A stretch of 64,000 nucleotides of DNA, taken from an uncultured Gammaproteobacteria bacterium. GTDB lineage: Bacteria; Patescibacteriota; Microgenomatia; UBA8517. The notes under the pieces were generated by a model. That model made no database searches, was not told the DNA's origin, and saw only the letters and a list, made by a program, of their open reading frames with translations. The stretch is from NCBI GenBank assembly GCA_964635715.1, contig CAZWNZ010000001.1, forward strand, positions 408,616 through 472,615. The letters are read 5' to 3'. How positions within the stretch are numbered: the stretch's first letter is position 1; every line of letters starts with the position of its first letter. Positions 18,978-28,992 of the stretch are shown here, piece after piece. The position numbers and the translations under genes were made by a program.

Positions 18978-19637
18978 ATGGAACAAAATAACCCTTCAAA
19001 TTTCAATGTAGTAGTTCCTGGTAAATCAGGTAGGTCAGGTAAAAAGGGACTGATAATTGGTGCAATAGTTGTTTTGTTTTTAGCAATCAGCATTCCGGCG
19101 GGAGTTTATTTGGTCAAACAACAGCAGGATATAAAAGAGAAAGCCCAGGAAGCTCTTGTTTGTCCGGCTGCGGAGGCCTGTCCTGTTGCAGGGGATCCCA
19201 CTCTTCTCAAAAGTTGTTATTCAGTGGTAACAGGAGGAGTTCCTGGGGAGTATAGCTGTTCAACAATTGCCAATGTGGGTACAACAGTTTTGTGTGGCTC
19301 TACATCATACTGCTGTCCATCTCTTGGTGCTTCCTGGACAACAAATCTGACACTGTGTGCAACCCCAACAGCCAGTCCTACACCAACAGAAACCCCAACA
19401 GTTAGTCCTACAGCAACCGCGTCTGCGACTGCTTCTGCCACACCTACTACGACAGCAACAGCAACAGCAACAGCTACATCCACTACTACTGCAACAACCA
19501 CTGCAACATCGAAAGCCACAGCTACATCTACCGCGACAGCGGCTCCAATTCCGGTTACAGGAGTAAATTGGCCAACGTTGGTTGGAACTGGTGTGGGGAT
19601 TTTGGTGATTGTTGGGTCAATACTTCTTGTATTATAA
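18978..19637 (+). CDS. Membrane-anchored surface protein with Cys-rich domain, Thr/Ala/Pro-rich linker and C-terminal IPVTG + hydrophobic anchor
   Basis: An N-terminal TM is present. Eight Cys lie in the domain. The TATATATSTTTATTTATS low-complexity linker follows. The C-terminus is APIPVTGVNWPTLVGTGVGILVIVGSILLVL. Confidence 0.55.
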   Translation: MEQNNPSNFNVVVPGKSGRSGKKGLIIGAIVVLFLAISIPAGVYLVKQQQDIKEKAQEALVCPAAEACPVAGDPTLLKSCYSVVTGGVPGEYSCSTIANVGTTVLCGSTSYCCPSLGASWTTNLTLCATPTASPTPTETPTVSPTATASATASATPTTTATATATATSTTTATTTATSKATATSTATAAPIPVTGVNWPTLVGTGVGILVIVGSILLVL

Positions 19638-19639
19638 AA

Positions 19640-19963
19640 TCACCCCAATTTTATCTTTTTTATAGAGAATTTGTTAACAACTATTCCGACGTGGTCTATT
19701 AGGGGAAAATGGCTTTTGATTTCTGCTTGGAATTTTTCTGCAAGGTTTACTGTATAACTTCCAAAACCAGCTCCTTCAGAAGTTTTGCAAAGTCTATTTT
19801 CCCACTCATGAATTGTATCGAGAACCTTACCTCCAACAGCATTAAATTCTTCTTGGTTCTTGTCTTGATCGATGGAGTATTCAAAGTGTGTTTTTGTAAA
19901 TTTGTCAAAAAGCTCTTTATTTTCAGAAACCATTTTTTCATAATATTCTCTGTATTTAGTCAT
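19640..19963 (-). CDS. Hypothetical protein (107 aa)
   Basis: An ORF on the minus strand with no recognisable domain. Confidence 0.4.
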   Translation of the reverse strand: MTKYREYYEKMVSENKELFDKFTKTHFEYSIDQDKNQEEFNAVGGKVLDTIHEWENRLCKTSEGAGFGSYTVNLAEKFQAEIKSHFPLIDHVGIVVNKFSIKKIKLG

Positions 19964-20057
19964 GGGAAAATTTTGTCTGAAAACTCTTTAAAAATCAACT
20001 GTTGATTTTTCTACTTTCAGCTAATTTTAAGCCTTGAGGGTATAATATAAAGTTCAT

Positions 20058-20726
20058 ATGAGAATTTTAATAATTGAAGATGAGCATAAAATTGCCAATT
20101 CTATCAAGCGCGGATTTGAGCAGGAAACCTGGGCTTGTGACGTCGCCTATGATGGGGAAGAGGGGTATGATTTGGCCAGCTCGGAGGACTATGACGTAAT
20201 AGTTTTGGATTTAATGCTTCCAAAAATGGATGGAATGGAGATTTGCAAAAAGCTTCGAATGGAAGATAAACACACTCCAATTTTAATGCTTACGGCAAGA
20301 GGTGAAATTACTGACCGTGTTGAGGGTTTAAATAGTGGGGCTGACGATTATCTTACTAAACCATTTGCCTTTGAGGAACTTCTGGCCAGAGTAAGGGCCT
20401 TAGTTCGAAGGCCAAAAGAAGTGCAAAGCGGTATATTATCAGTTGGAAATCTAACCTTAGATCCGGCAAATTTTGAAGTAAAGAATGGTGAAAAAAATAT
20501 CGAGTTGTCTAAAAAAGAATTTGCATTATTGGAATACTTGATGAGAAATTCAGGAAAAGTTGTTTCGAAAGATAATATTATTGCCCATGTTTGGGATTAT
20601 GAGGCAGATATTTTACCAAACACGGTAGAGGTTTTTATCGGCTACTTGCGTGACAAAATTGGCAATGATTATATTAAAACAGTAAGGGGTTTCGGATACA
20701 AAATATGTTTAAACGGGCACGATTAA
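20058..20726 (+). CDS. OmpR-family response regulator
   Basis: A receiver domain is present (DVIVLDLMLPKMDG). A winged-helix output domain is present. Confidence 0.9.
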   Translation: MRILIIEDEHKIANSIKRGFEQETWACDVAYDGEEGYDLASSEDYDVIVLDLMLPKMDGMEICKKLRMEDKHTPILMLTARGEITDRVEGLNSGADDYLTKPFAFEELLARVRALVRRPKEVQSGILSVGNLTLDPANFEVKNGEKNIELSKKEFALLEYLMRNSGKVVSKDNIIAHVWDYEADILPNTVEVFIGYLRDKIGNDYIKTVRGFGYKICLNGHD

Positions 20727-21724
20727 AATTAACAGCTTGGTATCTCCTTATTATTATGGTGATAAGTCTGAGCTTTTCTGTGGCAATCTATACGAGTGTA
20801 AATAGTGAATTGGTGCGTATTGATAGAGCTCAAAGTGAAAGACAGGCTAGGGTGGATTCTATGCAGGAATTCATTGCTCAAAAAGGATTTGCTCCTCCCC
20901 AGGGACCACAAATGCCGGAAAATATTACAATTGAACAAACGAGAGTAAAAATTATTACAATGTTGGGATTAATCAATATCTCAATATTAGTTTTGTCTGG
21001 TCTTGGCGGGTATTTTTTGGCCGGGCAAACCCTGGAACCGATTTCTAAAATGCTTGCCGAGCAGAAAAAGTTTGTCAGTAATGCCAGCCATGAGCTTAGA
21101 ACTCCATTGACTTCTCTCAAAACCGAAATAGAAGTTGGCTTAAGAGATAAGAAAATGACACTGGAGTCCGCACAAAAACTTCTCAAAAGCAATCTAGAAG
21201 ACGTAAACGGCATGGAAAAACTTTCGGATTACTTGCTGGATTTAAACAGGTATGAAAATATCGATATAAAATTAGAAACAAAAACAATTGAATTAGGTAC
21301 TCTCGTTATTTCTGCAATTGAAAATTGTGCAGCACTGGCTCACGAAAAAGGTGTCCAAATTTGTAAACACATTTCAAAAACGTATATTAAAAGCGATGAC
21401 CAGGCGACTCTCCAGTTGGCAATGATTTTGATAGATAATGCGATTAAATATTCCGGAAAATCAAAAAAGATTGATGTATATGTAAATAAAGATGGAGAAC
21501 TGGTTGTCAAAGATTATGGTATTGGGATTTCTGAAAAGGAAACTCCGTTCATTTTTGACAGGTTTTACAGGGCAGATATTTCCAGAACAAAACAGAAAGT
21601 AAAGGGTTATGGACTTGGTCTTTCTATAGCCAAATCAATTACCAACAAATTAGGTGCCAAGATTAAAGTTGAAAGTAAGATTGGAAAAGGAAGTACTTTC
21701 AGTGTGCAGTTCCCCACAGCATAA
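20705..21724 (+). CDS. Sensor histidine kinase
   Basis: Two TMs are present. The H-box SHELRTPL is present. N and G boxes are present (IDNAIKYSG, GYGLGLSIAK). The 5' end overlaps the regulator gene. Confidence 0.9.
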   Translation: MFKRARLKLTAWYLLIIMVISLSFSVAIYTSVNSELVRIDRAQSERQARVDSMQEFIAQKGFAPPQGPQMPENITIEQTRVKIITMLGLINISILVLSGLGGYFLAGQTLEPISKMLAEQKKFVSNASHELRTPLTSLKTEIEVGLRDKKMTLESAQKLLKSNLEDVNGMEKLSDYLLDLNRYENIDIKLETKTIELGTLVISAIENCAALAHEKGVQICKHISKTYIKSDDQATLQLAMILIDNAIKYSGKSKKIDVYVNKDGELVVKDYGIGISEKETPFIFDRFYRADISRTKQKVKGYGLGLSIAKSITNKLGAKIKVESKIGKGSTFSVQFPTA

Positions 21725-21873
21725 ATATATCCTATATTATTGACTAATCGTACTTGCGGTGGTAGAATTCCAACATTCTAAGCGTGCGCTTGGAATGTCA
21801 GTTGTTAGCTAGCTCTTTTCGGCTAAAAAATTTCAAAAAAGTTTTAATTCATATTTGTTCAAGGAGGACAAAA

Positions 21874-21975
21874 ATGGGAAACCGAGAAAAATTCAGAAAC
21901 ACCATAGGGTGGATTGTTGTGCCAATTTTCTTGTTTTTCTTGTTGTTTGCGGTATTGTTGTCAACCGTGGATTAG
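21874..21975 (+). CDS. Putative 33-aa single-TM micro-protein
   Basis: A strong SD (AAGGAGGA) lies 5 nt upstream of the ATG. Sequence MGNREKFRNTIGWIVVPIFLFFLLFAVLLSTVD. Below the ORF-track size cutoff. Confidence 0.3.
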   Translation: MGNREKFRNTIGWIVVPIFLFFLLFAVLLSTVD

Positions 21976-22097
21976 TTTTTTGAAATTGTTTTAGCAAATA
22001 CCGGAGCTCTAGCTCATCCCTAAAAAGATGACGTTATCTCCGGTTTTTTGTTGGGAAAAACTTGTTTTTGAACCGAATTTTGTTATATTACTGAATT

Positions 22098-22895
22098 ATG
22101 GCTTCTCGTGAAGGCGAAGGAAGCATTTTAAATAAAGAAGCCTATGCCAATTTGACTTTGGCAAGGTTGAGGGCTGGTGTTTTAAAAAATAGTGATTTAA
22201 CAGATGAAGAAAGGCAGTTTTTGGATATATGGGAGGATATAGTGGAGGAAGACCCCAAGCTTAAGAACTCGGTTGGAGAAACTGTGAGGGAACTGGAAAC
22301 ATCGGGTGTAAAAGTTCCTCTTTTTACTCCCCAGGAACTTCAAGGATTAAAGAAACATAAGAAGAAGCCAAATCAAAGGTTTGAGATGAAGCCTCTCCCG
22401 TTTTGGATAACGAACCCCGAAACGATGGGTGAAGAAAAACATACAAAAAACCCGTCAAATACATTTCTTGATTCCGAGAAAAAAATCCACAAAATTGGGA
22501 AAAATCTTAATGACCGCTTCGGTGATTTGAAAGATGGAGATTCAAGAAAGGAAATTCTGATAAAAAGAGAAGAATTAAGGGAAATTATTAATTTGCCTGT
22601 TGTTAGAGGCAAAGATCCGCATGTTAATGATTCGTTTTATCAATATTTAGTCGAACGGGTGTGTATATGGGATGTTTTTGGTATTTTTTATGAGTATTCC
22701 TGTGCAGTTGCAGGAGTTTCCGAAGAATTACAGCAAAAAATAGATCAAGTGAAGGGTATTATTAATGAAGTTCTTGAGAACAAATCCACTTTTCCGCAAA
22801 GGCGCGAGTGGCTTCAGAAATTAGCTGATGAATATGAGGAAAAGTGGGGCACAAAAGTCCTTTTAGATACCGGCGATCAATTCTTTGCCCTGTAA
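22098..22895 (+). CDS. Hypothetical protein (265 aa), host side of attL
   Basis: A long ORF with no recognised domain. It ends 22 nt before the stranded ychF promoter. Confidence 0.5.
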   Translation: MASREGEGSILNKEAYANLTLARLRAGVLKNSDLTDEERQFLDIWEDIVEEDPKLKNSVGETVRELETSGVKVPLFTPQELQGLKKHKKKPNQRFEMKPLPFWITNPETMGEEKHTKNPSNTFLDSEKKIHKIGKNLNDRFGDLKDGDSRKEILIKREELREIINLPVVRGKDPHVNDSFYQYLVERVCIWDVFGIFYEYSCAVAGVSEELQQKIDQVKGIINEVLENKSTFPQRREWLQKLADEYEEKWGTKVLLDTGDQFFAL

Positions 22896-22917
22896 CAGAC
22901 TCCGTGAGCCAAGGCAT

Positions 22918-22995
22918 TTGTGTTAAAATAGCCTCATGGGATTATCAGTTGGGATACTTATTTCACTGTCCCAACTTTTGATTTTAGATTCTTAG
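22918..22995 (+). pseudogene. ychF: Stranded ancestral ychF promoter plus first codons (ychF-prime) at attL
   Basis: The 21-nt TTGTGTTAAAATAGCCTCATG is identical to the folD promoter/start module. The ORF begins MGLSVGI, matching the YchF N-terminus MGxxxGIVGLPNVGKS. It diverges after codon 7 into a 20-codon ORF. Confidence 0.45.
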
Positions 22996-23061
22996 TCACC
23001 CTTCCTAAGGCTAATAAAGAGAGATTGATTCTTGAACGCAATCAACTAGGACAAATTATTC

Positions 23062-23655
23062 GTGCCGAAGTCCCAGGATTACCATATAAATATGCCCAGC
23101 AACAAAATTACTAAACAAAGGACAATCGAAGAAATCAGAGGTTCTCTAGAAAGCTCAGCTACTGGATACGATTCTACTTACATACTGAGAAAGGCTGACG
23201 AGGAAATATCAAAATGTAAAAAGGAACAACTGTATACTCCCGATACTGCTTATTACAAAGCAATGTCATTGTTCGAGTTTGATAAAGGAATTTTGTTACT
23301 CAATTCTCTACCAGACCTTCATGTAGTGTTTGCATTAGATTTTAATAAAAATCTTCAAAAAGAATATGATTGTAAAACACCATCTGAAAAGTCTTTAGCT
23401 GAAATAGTTACCCTCAACTTTATAAGAATATTGGAAACACAAAGAAAGATTAAAGATTGTCAAAAAAATGTTAGTACTAGATACGATATTCAATACATAA
23501 GCATATTAAGTAAGGAGTTAGATAGAGCTGAAAGACATTACCTGGCTTCACTGCAAGCCCTCAGGACGCTTAGAAACCCTTCTTTTGAAGTGAATATTAA
23601 AGCAAATAATGCTGTTGTAGGAAACAACCAAGCGGTGCAAGTTAAAAATGCTTAA
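23062..23655 (+). CDS. Hypothetical protein (element cargo)
   Basis: A 197-aa ORF with no recognised domain. Confidence 0.45.
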   Translation: MPKSQDYHINMPSNKITKQRTIEEIRGSLESSATGYDSTYILRKADEEISKCKKEQLYTPDTAYYKAMSLFEFDKGILLLNSLPDLHVVFALDFNKNLQKEYDCKTPSEKSLAEIVTLNFIRILETQRKIKDCQKNVSTRYDIQYISILSKELDRAERHYLASLQALRTLRNPSFEVNIKANNAVVGNNQAVQVKNA

Positions 23656-23683
23656 TGATTGTTAGCAATTTAGGTTAATTTAT

Positions 23684-24106
23684 ATGTTTAGCCTTCGATA
23701 CGGAAAAAGACCAGTAATAGAAGAATCTCAAAAGATTGGGGCGGGTGTATGTGTTAGAAACTTTTTGTTTGAAACGAAGAAGAAGTACAACCTTAACAGC
23801 GAAGTTGGCGTTAAGGATTTAATAGGTGATATGGAAATTGGAACAAATATCAATCTAAAACAGGATAACTATGGCAAAGTAGACTATTCAGAACCCAACA
23901 AGATCAAATTAACCTACTCAAAGTCTAATCTTAATAAGGGTTATATATTTTGGTTTATCTGTAACCTTTGCAGTAGGCGAGTGAAGTATCTATATTTCCC
24001 CCCAAACTCAACAGTTTTGGCTTGTAAGAACTGCCACAGGTTAGTCTATAATAAGCAGAATGAAAGTAAGAGATTCAGACCTTTCAGGAAGATGTTAGAG
24101 TTGTAA
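23684..24106 (+). CDS. Hypothetical protein with C-terminal CxxC...CxxC zinc ribbon
   Basis: The C-terminus carries CNLCSRR...CKNCHR. Confidence 0.45.
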   Translation: MFSLRYGKRPVIEESQKIGAGVCVRNFLFETKKKYNLNSEVGVKDLIGDMEIGTNINLKQDNYGKVDYSEPNKIKLTYSKSNLNKGYIFWFICNLCSRRVKYLYFPPNSTVLACKNCHRLVYNKQNESKRFRPFRKMLEL

Positions 24107-24115
24107 TTAAGCTAA

Positions 24116-24526
24116 ATGCAACGACATACCTTGAAGCCAATTCTGGTTTTCAAAGATTTTAATCTTCCTTCTGAACTTTGGGTTAATAAATCTGTAAATA
24201 TATACATAAATCACAAGGGAGAAATTTATTGTGACTACTTTGTTATTAAAGATTTTACAAGAACCGAGAACTTTAAACAGAAATACTGGTTTATAAAGCG
24301 GTATTTAGACAAAAAAAGAAAAGCCTATGATGTAACTGGTATTTATAACATAACAATTGGCGATTTGAGACAAATAATGTGGAGTAAGGACATCAAGTCA
24401 ATTTCAAGAAATAGAATAGAGGGAATCGTTCATAATGAGAACCAGATAGCAAATATAAAGGATGACACGATTCAGAGACTTAAGAAATATCTAGAAAAGA
24501 AATTATCGGAGAAAAGAAATGGCTAG
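24116..24526 (+). CDS. Hypothetical protein (136 aa)
   Basis: An ORF with no recognised domain. Confidence 0.4.
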   Translation: MQRHTLKPILVFKDFNLPSELWVNKSVNIYINHKGEIYCDYFVIKDFTRTENFKQKYWFIKRYLDKKRKAYDVTGIYNITIGDLRQIMWSKDIKSISRNRIEGIVHNENQIANIKDDTIQRLKKYLEKKLSEKRNG

Positions 24527-24575
24527 ATGGAGTTAGCCAACACCTCGACTCACTATTTATATTTTGGGTATATAA

Positions 24576-25439
24576 TTGAAGTTGATGGAAGAATCACCAA
24601 TTAAAAGGTTTTTTCGAGTGTTTTTGGTAATTCTTTACTGTGCTTCTTTCCTTTTTTCCGTTTTGATAGGTTTTAGCCTTCAATCTTTTTGGTTTTTTTT
24701 GATATTCTTCCTTATTAGCTGGTTGGTAATAGATATAGTTAACATTTCCACCAAGTACATTACCTCGGGAAAGACCTCAACAACAAAAAGCTGGATATAC
24801 CGAGGTTTCTTAATACTTTTTAACTACGACTCCTTTCTTGCACTTATAAAAAATGAACTTGATGAAGTAATGGCTGATTTTTATAGCGATTTCGTTGATA
24901 AGAAATTATCGGAGCTCATGAAAATCATTCCAAAGAACAAAATTGTCAATGTATTAAAAATGGATAAGGCAGCAAGTGAACAAGAGGAACAGGCTCTTTC
25001 AAAATTGGCAGAAATTTATAAACGAACCGGTAAAGATGAGAATTTTTTTGGCACCAAGGAAAGTTGGGAGTTGGACTTGGATACTCTCAAATCACAAAAT
25101 GAATACGCAAGACTCTCGAAACAAGCTAGGGGATTCCTAAACTTGACCTCGCCACTTATGGGTGATTTTGTTTTGTTAAATCATAAATTGGATAAGGGCA
25201 AGATAAGCCTGGAGAAAGTTTATTCCAAATTGCATAAGGAAAGTAAAAAAAGATACGACCAATTTTGTAAAGATTCTGTCAATTTTTCAGTATGGGTATC
25301 CTTGAGCAATGCTTTAATAAAAGCAAAAGAAAGTGGAGTCGCTTTTGACAAAGCCAAGATTAAGAACGAAGATATTAAGGAAGAGATACAAAGTTATCTA
25401 GCGGACCAGATTTCAACCGCAGAGTCTTTGGTAATTTAA
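24576..25439 (+). CDS. Hypothetical membrane protein (2 N-terminal TM + soluble domain)
   Basis: Hydrophobic N-terminal helices followed by a charged soluble region. Confidence 0.45.
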   Translation: MKLMEESPIKRFFRVFLVILYCASFLFSVLIGFSLQSFWFFLIFFLISWLVIDIVNISTKYITSGKTSTTKSWIYRGFLILFNYDSFLALIKNELDEVMADFYSDFVDKKLSELMKIIPKNKIVNVLKMDKAASEQEEQALSKLAEIYKRTGKDENFFGTKESWELDLDTLKSQNEYARLSKQARGFLNLTSPLMGDFVLLNHKLDKGKISLEKVYSKLHKESKKRYDQFCKDSVNFSVWVSLSNALIKAKESGVAFDKAKIKNEDIKEEIQSYLADQISTAESLVI

Positions 25440-25557
25440 GGTAAAGTTCTTCAGGTACTCACCAAAGATTCGGAATATTTTTGATGTATTTAATAAGAAG
25501 TAGTTCCACTCCACACCCTAACTCACTATATTTTATTTTGAGTTATAATTAACTATA

Positions 25558-26103
25558 GTGAAAAAGATACTTCTAATTCTGTTCATTTTGGTAGTAGTTA
25601 TCGCTGGGTTATTAGTTTATAAAAATATAACCTCAAACACACAAAATACAGAAATTACAGAAGAGCTAACGAAATGCGGACAGCAAATGGCTAATGAAAA
25701 TGGGAAAGGTGTGACAGATTATGAAGGAGTTGTGATACCCGTTGATTTTTCTTCAATGCCTGAGGCAAAACTTTTTTATACTAGGATTACTGAGACTGTG
25801 AAAGATGGTCCTAATTTCGCTAAACATTTTACCTTAGTCTCTTGGGGTTGTGGTACAGATTGTTTCGGATATTCGATTGTTGACACTAATACGGGGGCAA
25901 TAGTTGCTTATATTCCTTCTAATGAAGAGTATCATTTAAGATCAAGTTACAATTTAGACACTACTTATTTCGTTTTTGATCCCGTAAATGCAGGACAAGA
26001 AAGAAAATATTACAAAATGATTGAAGATGACAAAGGAAATGACCGATTGGAACTAGTATGTTCTGAAATCGCCAAAGAGGATATATATGGATTACCTGAA
26101 TAG
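25558..26103 (+). CDS. Secreted hypothetical protein
   Basis: An N-terminal signal/TM is present (MKKILLILFILVVVIAGLLV). Conserved Cys residues are present (WGCGTDCFGY). Confidence 0.45.
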   Translation: MKKILLILFILVVVIAGLLVYKNITSNTQNTEITEELTKCGQQMANENGKGVTDYEGVVIPVDFSSMPEAKLFYTRITETVKDGPNFAKHFTLVSWGCGTDCFGYSIVDTNTGAIVAYIPSNEEYHLRSSYNLDTTYFVFDPVNAGQERKYYKMIEDDKGNDRLELVCSEIAKEDIYGLPE

Positions 26104-26117
26104 TTTTATCTCCTAGA

Positions 26118-26321
26118 TTGGGGGTGATGTTTATGAAAAAAAGACTAACTCCGATACAACAAATTTTAGTAGGTATAGGTATTTACTTGTTGTCTTCAAT
26201 AATATCTTATCCAATCAACGCAGTATTTGAAGTTGTTGGAGCAATAGCATTTTTAAGCGGGTCAATAACATTAATAGTAAATTTTTTTAAGAAGAAAAAT
26301 AATAAAAAGTTATTGAATTGA
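26118..26321 (+). CDS. Small 2-TM membrane protein
   Basis: 67 aa with two hydrophobic helices and a basic tail. Confidence 0.35.
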   Translation: MGVMFMKKRLTPIQQILVGIGIYLLSSIISYPINAVFEVVGAIAFLSGSITLIVNFFKKKNNKKLLN

Positions 26322-26324
26322 AGT

Positions 26325-26552
26325 GTGGCAAGTTATAATATATGTATGACAATTATCCACGTTCGTATTCTGGGAATAGAGGGTAATTATCGTTTTTGGG
26401 TAAGCAGGGATCCATACGAGATAAATCCAACTCCATCATATGAATCCGAAAGTTTTTATGAAACCAAGAAGGAAGCTAAAGAGGCATTGGGTAGTTTTCT
26501 GAAAGACAAAAAAGAAGATTGGGGAAAGATTGATATTAGATGGTCTAAGTAG
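26325..26552 (+). CDS. Hypothetical small protein
   Basis: A 75-aa ORF. Its start lies 4 nt after the upstream stop. Confidence 0.3.
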   Translation: MASYNICMTIIHVRILGIEGNYRFWVSRDPYEINPTPSYESESFYETKKEAKEALGSFLKDKKEDWGKIDIRWSK

Positions 26553-26764
26553 ACAAGCTCCACTGCGACTCACGATACTTATATTAGATTTTCTTGTTAT
26601 TGCTTCTACTATCAATTTTTATAAGAAGTTCAAAATAATTTACTAAATTGTTGGCTACTTCTTGTGCTTCGGTATCTGAATAAACGACTCCATAGTCTTC
26701 ACGAAATATTTTTTGAAGGCTTTTGATTAGTTTTGGTTTGAAGCGCACAATTTATTTTGGCTAT

Positions 26765-27349
26765 TTAACTATATCCATATATCATCAGACCAACTATGAA
26801 CAGCACAGATATAACAGCAATAATATAAGCAAAAGTACTTGGTTTATCTGTTTGAACAACTACAGTATCGGCCTTTTTATCGTGAAAAGTTTGTTTTTCT
26901 TCATCTTTGCCCATATTCCAATAACCAATTCCAAAAAATAGGCCAGAAAGAATTTGTAGTAATGACCTCTTTAATGCTTGCCCACCTGACAGGTGAGACC
27001 TATCCTTTTTGTCCAATACAATAAGGTTTAACAAACTCTTGCCTGGTGTTCTAGACCAAGTTGAAAGAAAAAAAATACTATAGATGACATATCCAGTTGT
27101 AAATATTAAGCCGTAAGAATCATCTGACGGCTCTCCTTCAAATAACATCAGAATGATTATTAAAAGAATCAGCAGGATGGAGTAGTCAACACAATATGCA
27201 GCCAATCTAATCCAAAAACCAGCGTATGTTACGGCCTCTTTTTTATTTGGTAAATCTTTTTCTTCGTGGTTTTGGGAGAGCTTGTTACCACAGAAACGGC
27301 AGAACTTACTGTTGTCTGGTAACTCTTTCCCACAATATTTGCAAAACAT
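26765..27349 (-). CDS. Zinc-ribbon + RDD-family membrane protein
   Basis: The N-terminus is CKYCGKELPDNSKFCRFCGNKL. An RDD-like polytopic domain follows (RLAAYCVDYSILL..., RTPGKSL). Confidence 0.6.
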   Translation of the reverse strand: MFCKYCGKELPDNSKFCRFCGNKLSQNHEEKDLPNKKEAVTYAGFWIRLAAYCVDYSILLILLIIILMLFEGEPSDDSYGLIFTTGYVIYSIFFLSTWSRTPGKSLLNLIVLDKKDRSHLSGGQALKRSLLQILSGLFFGIGYWNMGKDEEKQTFHDKKADTVVVQTDKPSTFAYIIAVISVLFIVGLMIYGYS

Positions 27350-27354
27350 AATAA

Positions 27355-27732
27355 TTATTTCTTTCCTTCCTCTTTTTTAGATTCTTCCTCAGCTTTTTCT
27401 AAAAGAGACTCTGGATTCATTTTATACCAAAAACCTCTAATAAGTTTGTAAATCCCGTAAATCATTGCTCCCCATAACACATAGTATGTCCCACCTTCCG
27501 AAGCGAAGAGCCAACCTCCACCAGTTATTACTAATCCAATAACAAACCAAATAACACCTTGCTTCATTTCACCCTCTGCTAAAGCTTTAGCTTCTTCGAT
27601 AAGTGATTGTTTTTTATTCTTGAAATATCTATCAACTGAGCCTTCCTCTTCGTTTTTAGTCATCCCTTTTCCACATTTCGAGCAGAACTTTGCATCTGAA
27701 TCGTTGTTTTGACCACAATTAGTACATTCCAT
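27355..27732 (-). CDS. Zinc-ribbon protein with two TM helices
   Basis: The N-terminus is CTNCGQNNDSDAKFCSKCGKGM. Two hydrophobic helices follow. Confidence 0.55.
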   Translation of the reverse strand: MECTNCGQNNDSDAKFCSKCGKGMTKNEEEGSVDRYFKNKKQSLIEEAKALAEGEMKQGVIWFVIGLVITGGGWLFASEGGTYYVLWGAMIYGIYKLIRGFWYKMNPESLLEKAEEESKKEEGKK

Positions 27733-27734
27733 AT

Positions 27735-28394
27735 TTATTTCCTATACTTAGATTCTGTTATCCCACCTAAATAACCCCAAAATATAAGGATAAAAACATC
27801 GGTTTTAATGCGTTCGATTAGCTCGTTTGGCAAATCTTTCACGGAATCGGATGAATCTAGTATAGTATTTAACTCATATTCAAAGAATCTGTTCATCGAA
27901 TGTTCAAGGTCAGGTAAAAATTTTTTTTGATGCTCTTCGAATTTTTGGGCTATTAAAGATTGCCACTCTTTGATAAATGGCTCAAGTTCTATGTGCTTAG
28001 GAGTTTTCAAATCCTTATTTTTTAGTAAAGCCTCAGCCATCCAGAACCAATAACCTCCACTAGCACACCATCCATAAACATTTTTTAACGTTTCTATTAC
28101 TTTATAGGGTTGTTTATTTAGCGAGTCCTTATTGTCTTGAATAAAATTCTCAAACTGGTTTGTAGAGATTCTTTTTATCAGTTCCCAAACTTCATTAGAA
28201 GATAAGTCTTCGTAGACTTTTCGCTCATCACCTGTAGAATCGTATATCTCAGCAAATTTATCCCAAAGGTCCACATTCTTTTTTGGAGCAGAAGTATCTT
28301 TTTTTGTTTTAACCTCTTTATTCACTTGCTCACCACAATAACAACAAAATTTACTATCAGGGTCTATCTGTTTATGACAATTATTACAGTCCAT
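27735..28394 (-). CDS. Zinc-ribbon protein, cytoplasmic alpha-helical domain
   Basis: The N-terminus is CNNCHKQIDPDSKFCCYCGEQV. No TM is predicted. Confidence 0.5.
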   Translation of the reverse strand: MDCNNCHKQIDPDSKFCCYCGEQVNKEVKTKKDTSAPKKNVDLWDKFAEIYDSTGDERKVYEDLSSNEVWELIKRISTNQFENFIQDNKDSLNKQPYKVIETLKNVYGWCASGGYWFWMAEALLKNKDLKTPKHIELEPFIKEWQSLIAQKFEEHQKKFLPDLEHSMNRFFEYELNTILDSSDSVKDLPNELIERIKTDVFILIFWGYLGGITESKYRK

Positions 28395-28989
28395 AATCTG
28401 CTCCTTCTATTTCCCAAACCCACCAATAGTCACCCTGTGGGTAAAAGGTTAGGGGAACCTCAAAACTAAATGCTCCATTAGATACAGCTCCGCTTTCAAT
28501 GATGGTGTTTCTGGTGTCAAAATGCTTTTTTAAGGCTTCATCGTAGTAAAAATCAAGTCTTACCTTTACATTCCGAGCAGCTTTTGAATAGGTGTTTTTA
28601 AGTATTCCTGTAAAGTAACTTTCTCCAGCATCGTCGTACAGAATTTCATAATCCGTTATAGTTAAGTAGCTTATGGGGAAGTTTGTTGGCTCAGAGACTG
28701 ATTGCTCGCTTGTAATGTTTTCATCGGTCGGTATTGCGGCAAGTATAAGTATTCCCACAAAACCCAGCCCCCCCAACACCAAAACACCGATAATTATATT
28801 TTTAAGGGAAACACCTTTCTTCTTAGGTTTGAAAATTATATCGTCAAGGTCTTCAATTTGCTCGTGTAAAGTTTTAGCTTCGCTTTTTTCGGATGCTCCA
28901 CTTTTTTTAGAAAGATCATAACCACAGTTCTGGCAATATTTACTTTTTTCTAAATTACTATAATCGCAATCGGGACATTTTGTCTTCAT
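28384..28989 (-). CDS. Zinc-ribbon, single-TM protein with extracytoplasmic domain
   Basis: The N-terminus is CPDCDYSNLEKSKYCQNCGYDL. A TM follows (IIIGVLVLGGLGFVGILILAAI), then a ~110-aa C-terminal domain. Confidence 0.55.
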   Translation of the reverse strand: MKTKCPDCDYSNLEKSKYCQNCGYDLSKKSGASEKSEAKTLHEQIEDLDDIIFKPKKKGVSLKNIIIGVLVLGGLGFVGILILAAIPTDENITSEQSVSEPTNFPISYLTITDYEILYDDAGESYFTGILKNTYSKAARNVKVRLDFYYDEALKKHFDTRNTIIESGAVSNGAFSFEVPLTFYPQGDYWWVWEIEGADYGL

Positions 28990-28992
28990 AAT

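Noticed and set aside
19217-19566. Overlapping ORFs (100 aa on the minus strand, 69 aa on the plus strand) inside the Thr/Ala-rich linker of the surface protein
   Set aside because: These are low-complexity artefacts of the ACAGCAACAGCA-type repeat, which is open in several frames.
22947-22956. 10-bp exact repeat AGTTGGGATA at both island borders (also at 35260-35269), read as a target-site duplication
   Set aside because: The two copies are out of register with respect to the ychF reading frame. The match is better explained by one distal arm of the palindromic attP fortuitously resembling the attL junction. The crossover is placed at the central GG instead.
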